64,000 bases of DNA from Spizellomyces punctatus DAOM BR117 (taxonomy: Eukaryota), in NCBI GenBank assembly GCA_000182565.2, contig KQ257461.1. The stretch is one strand, 5' to 3'. The first letter of the stretch is position 1, and each line of letters begins with the position of its first letter. Below, in pieces: positions 52,932-64,000 of the stretch. The notes under the pieces were generated by a model. It saw only the letters and a program-made list of their open reading frames with translations. It searched no databases and was not told the origin of the DNA. The position numbers and the translations under genes were made by a program.

Positions 52932-55131
52932 ATGTCGAACGTGCCTACGGTAGAAGAATACATCAACGCCAACCCAGCTGGCACCTGGGATGAATACCGA
53001 GCTCTGCTCAAGCAAGCACAAGAAGATCTGTCCACAATGCCAAAGAAGATACGCCCCCGTATCGAAGGCCGAATCAAGACACATCTGGCTGTGAGTATTC
53101 AAGTCAAGAGTTCCCTGGGTAGTTGAAGACCGCCTTTGGGCGGTGGGAACGGTTCCCGCGGCTTGTCTGTGAGGCCGTCCTAGGCAGGGGTTTGTGGTCT
53201 GTGGATACGTACCACCTGTCCGGCTGGGATCACCGTTCATCGCATGGGGTCATCCAGTCCGAGCACTCGTTTATAGTTGTAGCTTTGATTTTCACGCTTT
53301 AAACTCATATGGTGATGTTCAATGTAGCGTCGGATGGATTTCGATAAGATCAAGAGCAGCCTCCTGGATCGAGCCCTGGGTGCGCATGTGGACATAGCGC
53401 ACACCCAATTGGACGTAGCACACACCAATAGGGTGATTGTCGATACAGTGACAGGCAAAAGGTGTGAAGCGCATTTTCTGCATTGATTGACATATCAGTG
53501 CATTGAATCGTCTTTGTGTAGTAGGCTCATTCGTGAGGACAGCCCCTCGTCCTCCGACTATGGTTCCGACTACGCTCCTTCCTGCTCGACCACGCAGGAG
53601 ACGGACGTGGATAGTGACGATCGTGTCGCTTTGTTCAACCATGAGCAGCATGTGATGGCACAGCTGCTCAAATTGGGAAGAACCCTCCTGCCGTCCGGAG
53701 TTCTATTGGAAGCGGTGATGGCTTCCAATGCCATTCGTGTCGAGAATGAGAGGTAGTGTATCGTGCCTCTATTGTAACACATGAATTCCGCTCTTGTACT
53801 CATGGCGTCACAGTCCCGCCCATTCCTTTATCTTCGATCTTGAAGAGATGAGCGCTCTGCGCCGGAGGGACCCAGCCGCATTTGCAAAAGAAGACCTGGT
53901 GTTCGTGAGGGGCCTATGGAACGAGCGCCCCAGCTCAAAATACACCAAGTTTTTCTACTGTGACCCTGAACAGAGATACGAGGTGTTCACGACACCGGGT
54001 CTTCGCAAGTGTGCCGACTTTTTGTCACGGTTAGAGAAGGTATAGACGTTTGTGTGTCAAGCCTCGAGCCCTCTCTAATGTGGATCGTCCTCGCAGATGA
54101 GTAGCCAAGGTAACACCTTAGAAGAGGTGTTGGATTTCATGTTTCGGGTGGGCGGAGAGAATGTATCACCCTACCGTGAACTTTACTCGGTCATCCTTCA
54201 GTTGTAAGTCGTTGCCCTTGGGCTCTTACGATTCCTAGATATAGGCTTGACTATTATTTGATCTTAGCTGTCTCCACTGGACCAAGGAAGTTTGTCCCAT
54301 GACGCGCGAAGCGGATTATATGCGCCTATGGAACAGACTGTTCTACGACCTTGCACCCCGAGGCCTCTTCACCAGTACACCCGAAGAGAGCGTGCATGCA
54401 AGCAAGACGCGTAAGCTTATGCATGCAGGGGAAGATAGGAAATGGGTGCGAGGTCGCAAGGCCGACATGCTATGGGTGACGTTGGATGGGACGGCCCTAG
54501 TATGGATGGAGGCCAAGAAAGGGTCGTGGACAGAGGACCCTGGAGAAGCTGAAGGGGCGACGCTGAAGGCGACGAAGGGCTCCAAAGACGCGATGGATGC
54601 GATCCAGCGTAAGAAAGGAACAGCCCTAGAAACATGGGCGTGTGTTAATTTGGGGGAAGAGTGGACCCTTCGCTGTTCGTATCGCCTGCCCAGTGGCGTC
54701 GTCGTCACCGGCAATGTTGGGGAATGGTGTCTGTCGATGGGATTCTCGAGCTTCGCTCGTCTTCTGGAAATGTGCCGTATAGTGCTCATTTGGGGGGTAA
54801 GGAAACAGTTTCCCCGATTCTATTGTATGTTCTGGGTATTGACATTCTTATGCTCTGTAGCTCGCGCTGGACGATAGTAGGCGCGAGATCATGCAGAAGG
54901 CCAGCTTGAGCCGATACCCCCGAGACGAAGAGGTGAACATGGCAGACACCTTCCCAACGCCGGAGAAGCCTAAACCGAAGGCACGGACTCAGAAGCCTGA
55001 AGATACTACGGAAGATACGGAAGATACACGGGAAGAGGCCTCACCCACCAGGAAAAAGTATGTCTTCTTGTTTTGCATAGCCGTACAACTGGTTCTCATC
55101 GTTCCTGTTCCTTGGTAGGTCTCGTCGTTGA
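52932..55131 (+). CDS. PD-(D/E)XK restriction-endonuclease-fold protein (Crinkler-REase-like, early-diverging fungal family), ~9 coding exons
   Basis: Open spliced frame: 52932-53090, 53328-~53379, micro-exon 53449-53461, 53525-53752, 53814-~54039, ~54097-54202, 54268-~54796, 54861-~55057, 55119-55131. Motifs E..SVHASKTRK, GRKADML, WMEAKK, KGSKD. Confidence 0.75.
53105..53270 (+). ncRNA. Family 1 structured RNA in the first coding intron (53091-53327) of the nuclease gene
   Basis: Near-identical to the array copies in introns 3-4. Hairpins ACCGCC/GGCGGT, GGGAA/TTCCC, GCGGCTT/AGGCCGT, GGCAGG/CCTGTC, GGCTGG/CCAGTC. Confidence 0.7.
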
Positions 55132-56084
55132 AGGTAGCGCCTGTGCGCTGTGGCTCGGAGGAGGTTTGAAAATGGTACCAGGGTAAGCTTTATATTGTCC
55201 GGTCAACTTTTCTATCGTCGTGGCTCTCGTACGTCCGGCACAGTTCTGACCATCTTTTTTTGCTTTTCACAGCAACTGCTTCCATCACCTTCCATCAAGA
55301 TTACGATTATTGGCAGGGTAAGTTTTCGAAACCTCGTCTGATTTTTACGGTTTTCGAGTTGTCTAAGATAACACGGAAACCACCAAGTGTTATCTATGGT
55401 ATCTCTTTGATGTCTTTCAACCGAAACTGACTTCTATTTTCTTTTCTCTACTTTTTAATGCATCGATGTTCGGAGCGGACTCGGGACTTCAAGGACGACA
55501 CCTCAAGACTCTAGAACCCGAGACTTTTTCCTGTGGTTGGGTGGGGCTCAGTGTATTCTTCGAATAAAGAGGCTCATAAATTATCCTTCTGTCCACTTTA
55601 CAATTGTTAAATTCAAGTCAAGCTACCTTTTTTTTTTTCGTAAATGTTTGTGAATGAATGCAGTATGGCGTCGCACGACATGATTGTACTGAACTGTGTA
55701 TCAAGCTCTTCGTTTTCGCTCTTGCTTTGCAATGCCTCGGGATGTCAGATTGCACCAAAATACACGATGAGCCGCTTTTCTCTAGCAGACCTCTTGGTCA
55801 ACTGACACATTGCAAGAAAAGTCCATGTCGCGCTGAATGAAGCCACAATACTGAGCAAGAAACACGTCGGGCTTTGTCTGAATGCATATGGCGGAGAATC
55901 AAGACGATAGTTATGTCACGAAAGTGTAATGGGGGGTACATCGAATACTTGTAGTGCGGTGGTATTATGCACCTGATTCGATTATCTTGTGCGGTTCCGT
56001 ACAGACTTGTATAGACTTGCTAGTGCGGACCATACGGATATGATAAATATTCAGCAATAATATTACCTTATCCGAGAGGAGGAA

Positions 56085-56390
56085 TGTATTGGCCGAGAAT
56101 CCAGCCACTGAATCCACCTATTCCGGTTGTTCATGGTTGACATTCCTGGGCATCGTTGATCTTTTTCCAGCAGAAAAAACATTGGGACAACTCATGTATG
56201 CATTGCCCGAGAATCGAACGCGGTTTCTGCTAAACCACCAAGTAACTGTCTTATACTCATAATTGACTATTACCGTGAATCATGCATGTAGATAAAGGCA
56301 AAAGGATGGACGAGGCTCTGCGGATGCAATAGCCGATAATCGAGCTCGGCTACCACCTTCAGGAAGGCGGCCACTAAACCACCAATGCTC
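56085..56390 (-). pseudogene. Three tRNA-Gly fragments (3' end ~56087-56102, internally deleted copy ~56198-56241, 5' end ~56371-56388)
   Basis: TTGGCCGAGAATC; TGCATTGCCCGAGAATCGAAC...CTAAACCACCA; CCACTAAACCACCAATGC. Confidence 0.6.
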
Positions 56391-56699
56391 TGTTTATAGT
56401 GGTTCGGTACTTCATGATTGACATCATGCATAGGGTTAGGCATGTACTGTACAACTCCTATCGAGTATGTGATGGGACACCACACAGCGGTTAAGATTTA
56501 TAATTTCTTCCATTGTGGGTTCGTTGTGGATGCATTCATTCAATGCACTATTTCATAGCAATTGCTACGGCGGTATGGCCATGACATCAAACCTGGTTTA
56601 ACGCATGCGCTGCTGTGTTTCTGCTGTCTACCCGTTATCTGTCCCATCATATATTCGATACTAGTTGTATGTCACCAAGCCACGAATCCTCTGTTAAAA

Positions 56700-57510
56700 G
56701 ATCATCCATCGCATCTTTGGACCTTCGTCGCCTTCAGCGTCGCCCCTTCAGCTTCTCCAGGGTCTCCAGGGTCCTCTGTCCACGACCCTTTCTTGGCCTC
56801 CATCCACACTAGGACCGTTTCATGCACGTAGATTCAGGAAAAGTAACGGCTTGGTCTTATCGCCACTGCTGAAGTTACAGCCTTGTTTCCATTCATTATG
56901 CACAGCAGCAATCTGAGAATTCCCCCTAATTGTTTGACGCGTTGGGTCCACAACGCAAAAAAGTACGACGATGCCTGGTGCAATGCATTGTCCGAGAATC
57001 GAACTCGGGTTAACCGCGTGGCAGGCGGTAATTATACCACTAAACCACCAATGCTCGTGTATTCATTAATGAATCTCTATCATATGTCAATTTAACTGAA
57101 AATGGCCGCATTCACCGTGCGCGGCATCTGAAGTAACACACTTGCAGGACTTGTATTTACGCTCGAGAATACTGATCACCCTAACCTCTACACAAATCCA
57201 TTCCCGCCAGTGGCCCTAGCGGCAAGTCGGAGGCACCTGTTGCAAAAGTGGGAACAAAATAGATATACAATGCGCAAAACAAGATGAGAAGGGTTTTCCC
57301 CTTATCCCGAGGGTGATGTCGTTACAGGTAGATGACGCTCATCTATTCTGAGATCGCAACGAGATTGTTTCACTACATATTTGCGAATTAGTTACTGGGA
57401 GCGGGGCGATATGGGCGACGCTGAAGGCGACGAAGGGCTCCAATGGATGAGATCCAGCGTCAGAAGGGAACCGCCCTATAGACATCCTAAGTGTCAATCT
57501 TGGGCAAGAA
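56700..57510. pseudogene. Short nuclease-domain fragments in opposite orientations (~56700-56815 minus, ~57410-57510 plus)
   Basis: Matches to 54500-54660, e.g. GGCGACGCTGAAGGCGACGAAGG and TGGATGGAGGCCAAGAAAGGGTCGTGGACAGAGGACCC. Confidence 0.7.
56984..57054 (-). tRNA. tRNA-Gly(GCC), variant with an acceptor-stem mismatch (possibly pseudo)
   Basis: Cloverleaf as in the other copies but with a G7:A66 mismatch; its flank is homologous to the flank of the 44.7 kb copy. Confidence 0.7.
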
Positions 57511-57679
57511 TGGCTAACCGATGCGCAGACATCCCCGTTAGATCCCGCTGAGATAGCAAGGATTATCAGAGGTGTGGAAACCAAACACCAAACATTGCGA
57601 AGACGACGATCACAACAAGAGAGAAATATGTTCACTAAACTAGTCGGATTCTCCTCCTTTTCTACATGCCGGGAACGTC

Positions 57680-57970
57680 GTGGTCGAATTCAACTTGACA
57701 AATAGTGCTTAAAACAGGCAAACACTTGAAACACGAAGCCGCATTCCAAATGGAACCGCCTGTCCTAATCTGCTGCCCATCCCCAGCAAGTCCCCACAGA
57801 GTGAGGGCATCGATAGATACCGAGGGACACTACTGGGACAACCCAAACACACTACACTCAGCGCGAAGCCCATCAACCCATTCATCGACGGACGACCTTT
57901 AACTAGGGTCTGGTGTTGCAAAAGCGCCAGCTAAGTTCTCCCCAAGGGAAGGCACCCGATAGATACCAAA
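57680..57970 (-). ncRNA. Family 2 RNA relic, homologous to 28.28-28.6 kb
   Basis: Reverse complement contains GGTATCTATCG...CTCACTCTGTGGGGACTTGCTGGGG and CGGTTCCATTTGG.ATGCG, as at 28.4-28.5 kb. Confidence 0.5.
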
Positions 57971-60900
57971 GAGTCCCCTATTCAACTAGCCGCCAATCGC
58001 GCGGTGGGCGACTTGGCAAGACTGGACAGAAGTGAGTATCAGTATTGTTTCTAGCCGTCGTCCGCGCTGCGTCCGGGCCACAGCGAGTGCCAAGGAATGT
58101 CCTACTAATGAAAGCGAGTAAAGAAAGGATTTCATCATGTGTTAATACTATAATAGTGAATTGCTTCATCTAATCACCGCACCCTGCCTATTAACCTCTT
58201 CATTCTAAGCGGAAAGATTCCATGACTGGCCATTCGAATCGTAATCGGTCAGGGAGACTGGTCGACTAGGATCCTCCCAAATGCTAGTGTACTGGCTGTA
58301 TGACTGGTTTAATGCGAATGCATTGGTCGCTTTATCTCGAGCGAAATGTCAAAGTACACGAAAATGTCAAAATAGGCGACTGGCTAACATATTTGCAGAT
58401 ATCCATGAAACATGAGATACTCCATATGCCACCAATTTACACATGTAATTCAAATATACCTAATTGCCCGGTGAATACACCGGGACCGATGGAATAAAAT
58501 GGGTATTCTAGCTGATCTAATATTCCAATGAACTTCTCGCTCTCGCTAATATGCGGTACTCCTCGCCCTCCCGCTTCAGTTACTCGACTCGCGCGTTCCG
58601 TCCAATCGAAGCGCGTGCGATCTGGAAACTCGACGTAGGCGGGGTAGATCTCCAGTCACCTACCAAGTTTGGTGAGCCGGGTGTAACTAGTCTCGCGGCT
58701 GCCGAAGTGTTCTGCATAACCTGCGAGCCGCTTGCCGTCAGTAACGCTACCAATGTTGCGCAGGACCGGTATGTGTCGTACGCTGACGTATGGGCTTGTA
58801 GTGAAAAGTATCGAGCGGGACTGTATTCTCGACAACGTTGTTAAAGAATGCGGAAATGCACGGTGGAATTTGATTCCGTAAAGGCGAATATATCCCCTCC
58901 TGCAACGGCTCCTGCTGCAACTAATCGCGTCAAGACAACCCTGTGATTAAATAGAGTCGTGTCAGAAAAGGGACGATATGTGGATGCAATTGTGCACTTA
59001 TCTCAGTGAAGCAATGTGGGAACTGCCTTGGCTTTTGTAGCTCAGCATGCATTGGCTTTCAGTTTCTTGGCCGAGTCGGCAAATGTCAATTAGACCCGAA
59101 TGATCCGTAACAGTTGCAAGTAACATAATGAGCGTGTGCGGACGGGGTGAGCCGGCAATCACTGGCAGCAGTTGGCCCGTGGCACCGTCCAGCTATGCAA
59201 TAGCAAAAATAACTGGGAGTTTGCCTTTTGCAGATATGGTACGCATCGGCCAATCCAGCGGTCAATAGCAAAGAACGCACTTGTGCTCTGTAAAGGAGAA
59301 GCAAAAGTTCGGTGGATATCTGGGGAAATAGCTATCCATACCATGCATCTGACCGCAGGCACGTTTCCGAACTTGCACGCTGAGTTGAAGAAAAGGTGTA
59401 TTCGTTAAAATGTTTCTTGCTGAAGGAAACGGAAGGATAAAAGAGGGCTGGTAGGTAAACCTGTATGTGCGTAAGGAGACCAGGGTGGAGTGCGACCGAC
59501 GGAGTGAGTACGGAAGTGGCTAAGGCTTTAACGCCAGTGTCTAACAGCGGGCCCAACCTCAACCGATTGAATGCCCAGGTGATGAGTACAGGGCACGCTT
59601 GATTGAGATGCGCCCGGAGTAACTTAAAGAAGCGGACGCTCACTGAAAAGATACATTACTTTTTTTATGCTACATTGAAAAGTATGAAATCTACAAAGAT
59701 TACAGAAATTACCTTCAGCAGCAGCATGATGTCTTTCTCGATGCGGTCATAATATTTGAACCTGCATTAGTCGATGAGAATCCAATATTGAATGATCTGG
59801 CAGTTCCTTCAACTTCAATTTATGTCTCTCCAGTGGTTTGGAGGTACAGTAGTCGCCGCAGAAACCGGATATATGTAGCGTAGGCTGATCAAAATTTGGA
59901 AGATAATTGTGTCAAGGACGATGAAACCGTCAGGAAATGGTGGGGGAGAGCAAGCTAAAGCCAGACTTTTGACACTGAGCTTCTCACAGATGTCGAATGT
60001 TTCCAGAGATACTACGTTTGACGAACGGAACTGAATGGGATGTGCTCTCTCGGGATCGACAGTTCATTCGCGATAACGTACGCAGGCCGAAGACAATGGC
60101 CTCTACCTTTGGACCGCATCATCACTCGAGTCAAAATATATCTTAGAGCCGACCTCCCAGACCGACCCACACACCGCTTCACACTACTAAACAGAGAAAG
60201 ATTCCAACCTTCTAAACTGGCAGTGAATCAAATCCGGGAGATGAGTATCTGAACCCATCAAATATACTATTGTCTTCCGTTTCCGAGCAAACAAGTGCTA
60301 CATGGATACAAGAAGCCTGGGGATACATTGGATTGGACAATAGGTCACATTGAAAAACAGTACCACCTAGGTCTCATCCAGCCAGAGGAGTCTTTGGGTA
60401 TCTCAGCCGCTTAATCTGGCGTTCAATGTGTTTTACCTCTCTGGACCCGTTCCGGAAACAAGGCAGTAAACCAAGGGTATATCTAAAGGATGATTAATAT
60501 CGTCAGGAATTTGATTCACGAAGAGTTTGTGAAGTTAAAGCTTTCAGATATGCCGAACCGCCTTCACTTCATCCGTGGGTTTCGCAATTGGTTTTTTTGT
60601 TAGAGCGACATTGTTAGAGAAAAAACATCTATTGAACACATATATTGGAAGAATTAGACCGAATTGAATTAGCGGTTCTCACATCAATTACAGACACATA
60701 TTTGCTATGCGAACTAAGATGATGGAAACGTGCTGGTTACAATATCGCGCTATCATCCATGATGACAACTACCATTGCGTGCAGTCCTTGGAGACTAACT
60801 CAAATATGCTAAATAGACATGTGTATAAACATTTTAGATGAACTCAATACCTGTGTATAATCCATCAATGGCTCTTGATGGACTTGCCCGCTGACATTGG

Positions 60901-62712
60901 CAACACGGTGTTCAACACCACCATCTTGCGACTTGTAACGCCAGTACCAAGGTTGATGGTTGCAGGTGTTATGGGATTCCCCAACTGGTAGTAATTTAAT
61001 AATAAATCTAGGATCCGTCAGACGTTGAACAATTACTAGCGATATCATCAATAATACATGTTTCAATTTCGAGAAGATTTAAAGCCTTTTTTACACGTCA
61101 ATTGGCCTTTAACTAACTGTGAAAGTCCACATTCACCCTCTCGGTCTTACCATCGCTGATCGCGACGACCCCACATTCACCAACCGTTCGCCGTCTGCAA
61201 AGCATGCATGCCCCTATTACCTATCCCAACAGGAGTTTGTCCAGTCGTTCCTGCAATGCCCGCCTTGTACCGGGATCTCGCTCCTCCACCAGTTGCTGAC
61301 GTATATAGACGATCTGGTTCGCTCTCAAATGTTCTACGACCCGAGATGGTGCGGTTGTAGCAGTGGAATGGTTGACACGCCCTCGGTTTTCGGGATTCAC
61401 CAGAGTTCCTCTATTTGAAAAATCCCCAGTCGCCTAGGGTTTGGGGACTCTCCAATACAGCTGGGGTGCTCTCCAGTGGCTCGAGGGGCCCACCTGGTAC
61501 TCGCGAGTCATACCTCAGGGGTCAACCCGCCTGCACGTCAGGCGTGGCACCCCAAATTGTTAGCAGCAACTGGAATACCATGCAAAATACCTCCGCTTAC
61601 CCTGTGCTACTGATACGAACAGTGAGCTCGACTCTCAGCACGATCCTCTACGGTGCTCAGAGACCTCATTCATCATTCGGGTATAAATAGGCTAATACGA
61701 GAGGCTTCATGTGCGACACCTCGGCATCTCGCCTCGGCCGTTTCAAGGGCCACTGGATCACAAGAACGTGGTCCCTAACCCCAACGCTTTCCGGGCCACA
61801 TGCGTTAGATATGTACGCACTGAGCCGGCTTGAGCCTGCGACCCAGGTAGGTATACTTGCGAGACCTACAATTGTGAGCTGATTCCCCCTTGCTGGCTAT
61901 GGTTTTTGTTGGGCTGGCAGGAGCGTAGGGTTAGCCGGAGGGCGTGGTGTAGGTATCGCCTTGAGTACGCCGGAGTACGTGGCGTGGGTATGCTGAATGG
62001 TATTCTCCAGGAGCGGATCACAATGGAGTTTGCAACTCGAAGTGAAGAAACCATGGTTCAAGCATAGCACCGGGTTTGAACTGGTGTATTATGGTTGCAA
62101 TTGCTTAACTATTCCAGTACTGTACAGTAGGCCATACATCAACTCTGGTTAACGCACGCACTGCAATGTTCCTGCTATGCTTTGGACGCTCATCTCTTCA
62201 TTACGAGTTGTATAGCGTAATAGGCGTGCAACTCCTATCCATCTATTCACCAGACAACCTGACCACTGGGTTCGTTCAATCACACTTCCTTAGGATCTAT
62301 TGTATTTGCCAGATCGTTTGTCGTATGTGTTGCATGCATGCGTTCACACTAATTATAGATACATGGCCAGTATTTAGTCTGCTCACCCACTTGCTCAGAA
62401 GCGTCCATAAATCACATACCTCAATTAGACAACGCCAACACCTTGATCCATTCCTTTCAGACTAGAATAGCAAATATCGCTGGGTATGTTACAGAGTACA
62501 TACACAGAAGATAATATCCGATGCATAGAAAGTACTCCAAAGTTTTGCTGTAGTTTCAAAGCATGTAAAATCAGTCGATAATATGTAGAAAAGTAGAAGA
62601 AAACAGCTGGTGTGTCATGTCCGAATGTCATTTGGTCATGTGAGATCACGCCATGGTGCTTGTATAAAAGTCCGAAAGTCCCCGTTGGGAAAACGCGTCC
62701 AACTTCCGCAAG

Positions 62713-64000
62713 ATGAGAATTCCCACCAGCGAAGAGTGCAAGGACGCCGCGTGCATGCGTGAGCAGCACGTTAAGGCACAGCTACGTAAGCTCGGAAAAA
62801 CACCGCTCCCGTTGGGAGCTGTATTGGAAGAAGCCATGGCGGCAGTTGCGCTTCGCACGGAGGCTGAGAGGTAATACGCCGCTCATGTTCTAATCGTAAT
62901 TCGCTCCTTACTCATTGGGGTTGGTTATGTCCATCAGCCCCGTTCATTCATTCATCTTTGATCTGGAAGAGATGGAAGAGTTGTGCGCGCGGGACCCAGC
63001 CGCGCTTCCAAGTGAAGACTTGGATTATGTCAGGACTCTTTGGAACAACCGCCCAAGTAAAAAGTACTTCCGCCGCGATCCTGCAGACAAGTACGAAAGG
63101 TTCACAACTCGCGGTCTGCGCATGTGCGCAGATTTCATGTCACGTTTAGAGACGGTAAATACATTCATGTGGCATGGCGCGAGCGTCTCTCTAATGTGGA
63201 TCGCCCTTGCAGATGGTAAGCCAAGGTAGCACTTTCGCACAATTGCTAGGGGCCGTCGCTGGTGAGGCGGCTGAAGATGAAGAGCCATTCCTCGAACTGT
63301 ACGGGGTCATTTTCAACTTGTAAGTTGCCTCTGGCGCACTCTCGCCCGCCTAGATATAGGCCTGACTATTTCACTAGCTGTATGGAATGGAGAAGCCAAC
63401 GTGTTTGGAAGGATGGCGCTGACCATATGCGCCAATGGGATAAGCTTTTCGATGCCCTGGCTCCCAAAAATATTCGTTTCGCCGAGCCATGTTCGTCACC
63501 CCCATCCATGCCACCATTATCTTCGATCATGAAGAGATGGCAAACCCCTGATGGGGACACCCTCGTGTGCATGGTGGCCAAGAAAACCACTTGGGTGGAT
63601 GATCCTGATGAGGCTGAGCAAGCCATCTTAAGGGCGACGAAGGCGTCCAAAGACGCGATGGACCAGATTCTCCGTCGGTTACGACGGACCGTAGAAACGT
63701 GGGTCTCCGTAACCTTGGGGAGACATTGGACCCTTCGCTGTTCATATCGCCTGGCAAGTGGGGTCATTGTCACCGGCAATGTTGGGACGTGGCTTCTCCC
63801 AAATTGCTTTTCCAGTTTTCCTCGGCTCCTTGGAATCTGCCGTATAGTTCTTCTTTGGGGGGTAAGGAAACACCCAATTGTATTGTATTGTCTGGGTTTT
63901 GACGTCATCACGCCTTGTAGCTGGCGCTGGAGGATGTTGCGCGGGAGATCAGGTGTGATTGGATCGGCAGCCCACCCCGCGGACCTTTGAGAATAGCTGA
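62713..64000 (+). CDS. Catalytically degenerate paralog of the PD-(D/E)XK nuclease, lacking the RNA-bearing intron (runs off the window)
   Basis: TATA ~62663, ACGCGT, MRIPTSEE fused in frame to EQHVKAQLRKLG (the exon 4 equivalent). Same downstream intron positions. GRKAD segment absent and EAK changed to VAK. Confidence 0.7.

Noticed and set aside
53105-53270. Family 1 RNA as a hammerhead, hairpin or HDV ribozyme, cobalamin riboswitch, or C/D or H/ACA snoRNA
   Set aside because: Only partial word matches (CTGTGAG, GAAG/AGTC, GGGAA..CGGTCCCCGC). The required GAAA core, loop B, P1.1/P2, B12 box and snoRNA boxes were not found by eye; an Rfam search is still needed.

Overview
Eukaryotic genomic DNA with short GT-AG introns and TATA promoters. 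It is most likely from a chytrid fungus, Spizellomyces punctatus or a close relative, inferred from two elements whose right ends resemble the Spu-1 Fanzor omegaRNA scaffold as I recall it. The first ~20.5 kb is ordinary core genome: a HExxH zincin-like gene, a NiCoT nickel transporter, an F-box/LRR protein, a Vac7-like protein, LARP1 and a DsbA/FrnE-like oxidoreductase. From a tRNA-Gly(GCC) at 20.7 kb onward it is an accessory region of duplicated, mostly decayed gene fragments, with four tRNA-Gly copies and an assembly gap. The main finding is an apparently intact multi-exon PD-(D/E)XK nuclease gene (52932-55131, +) carrying a ~130-150 nt multi-hairpin RNA-like element in its first coding intron. 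Head-to-head with it is a TATA-driven, apparently non-coding transcript (51.7 to 49.0 kb, -) of 32-56 nt exons whose six introns hold 11 copies of the same element. Three truncated paralogs keep the element-bearing intron but lack the nuclease domain; a fourth paralog lacks the intron and the catalytic residues. A second, unrelated family of intron-encoded hairpin RNAs occurs at 28, 39, 43 and 58 kb. Two non-autonomous Fanzor 'ghost' elements, each inserted after CATA, carry omegaRNA-like right ends. All structures and homologies were judged by eye; no searches or folding programs were run.
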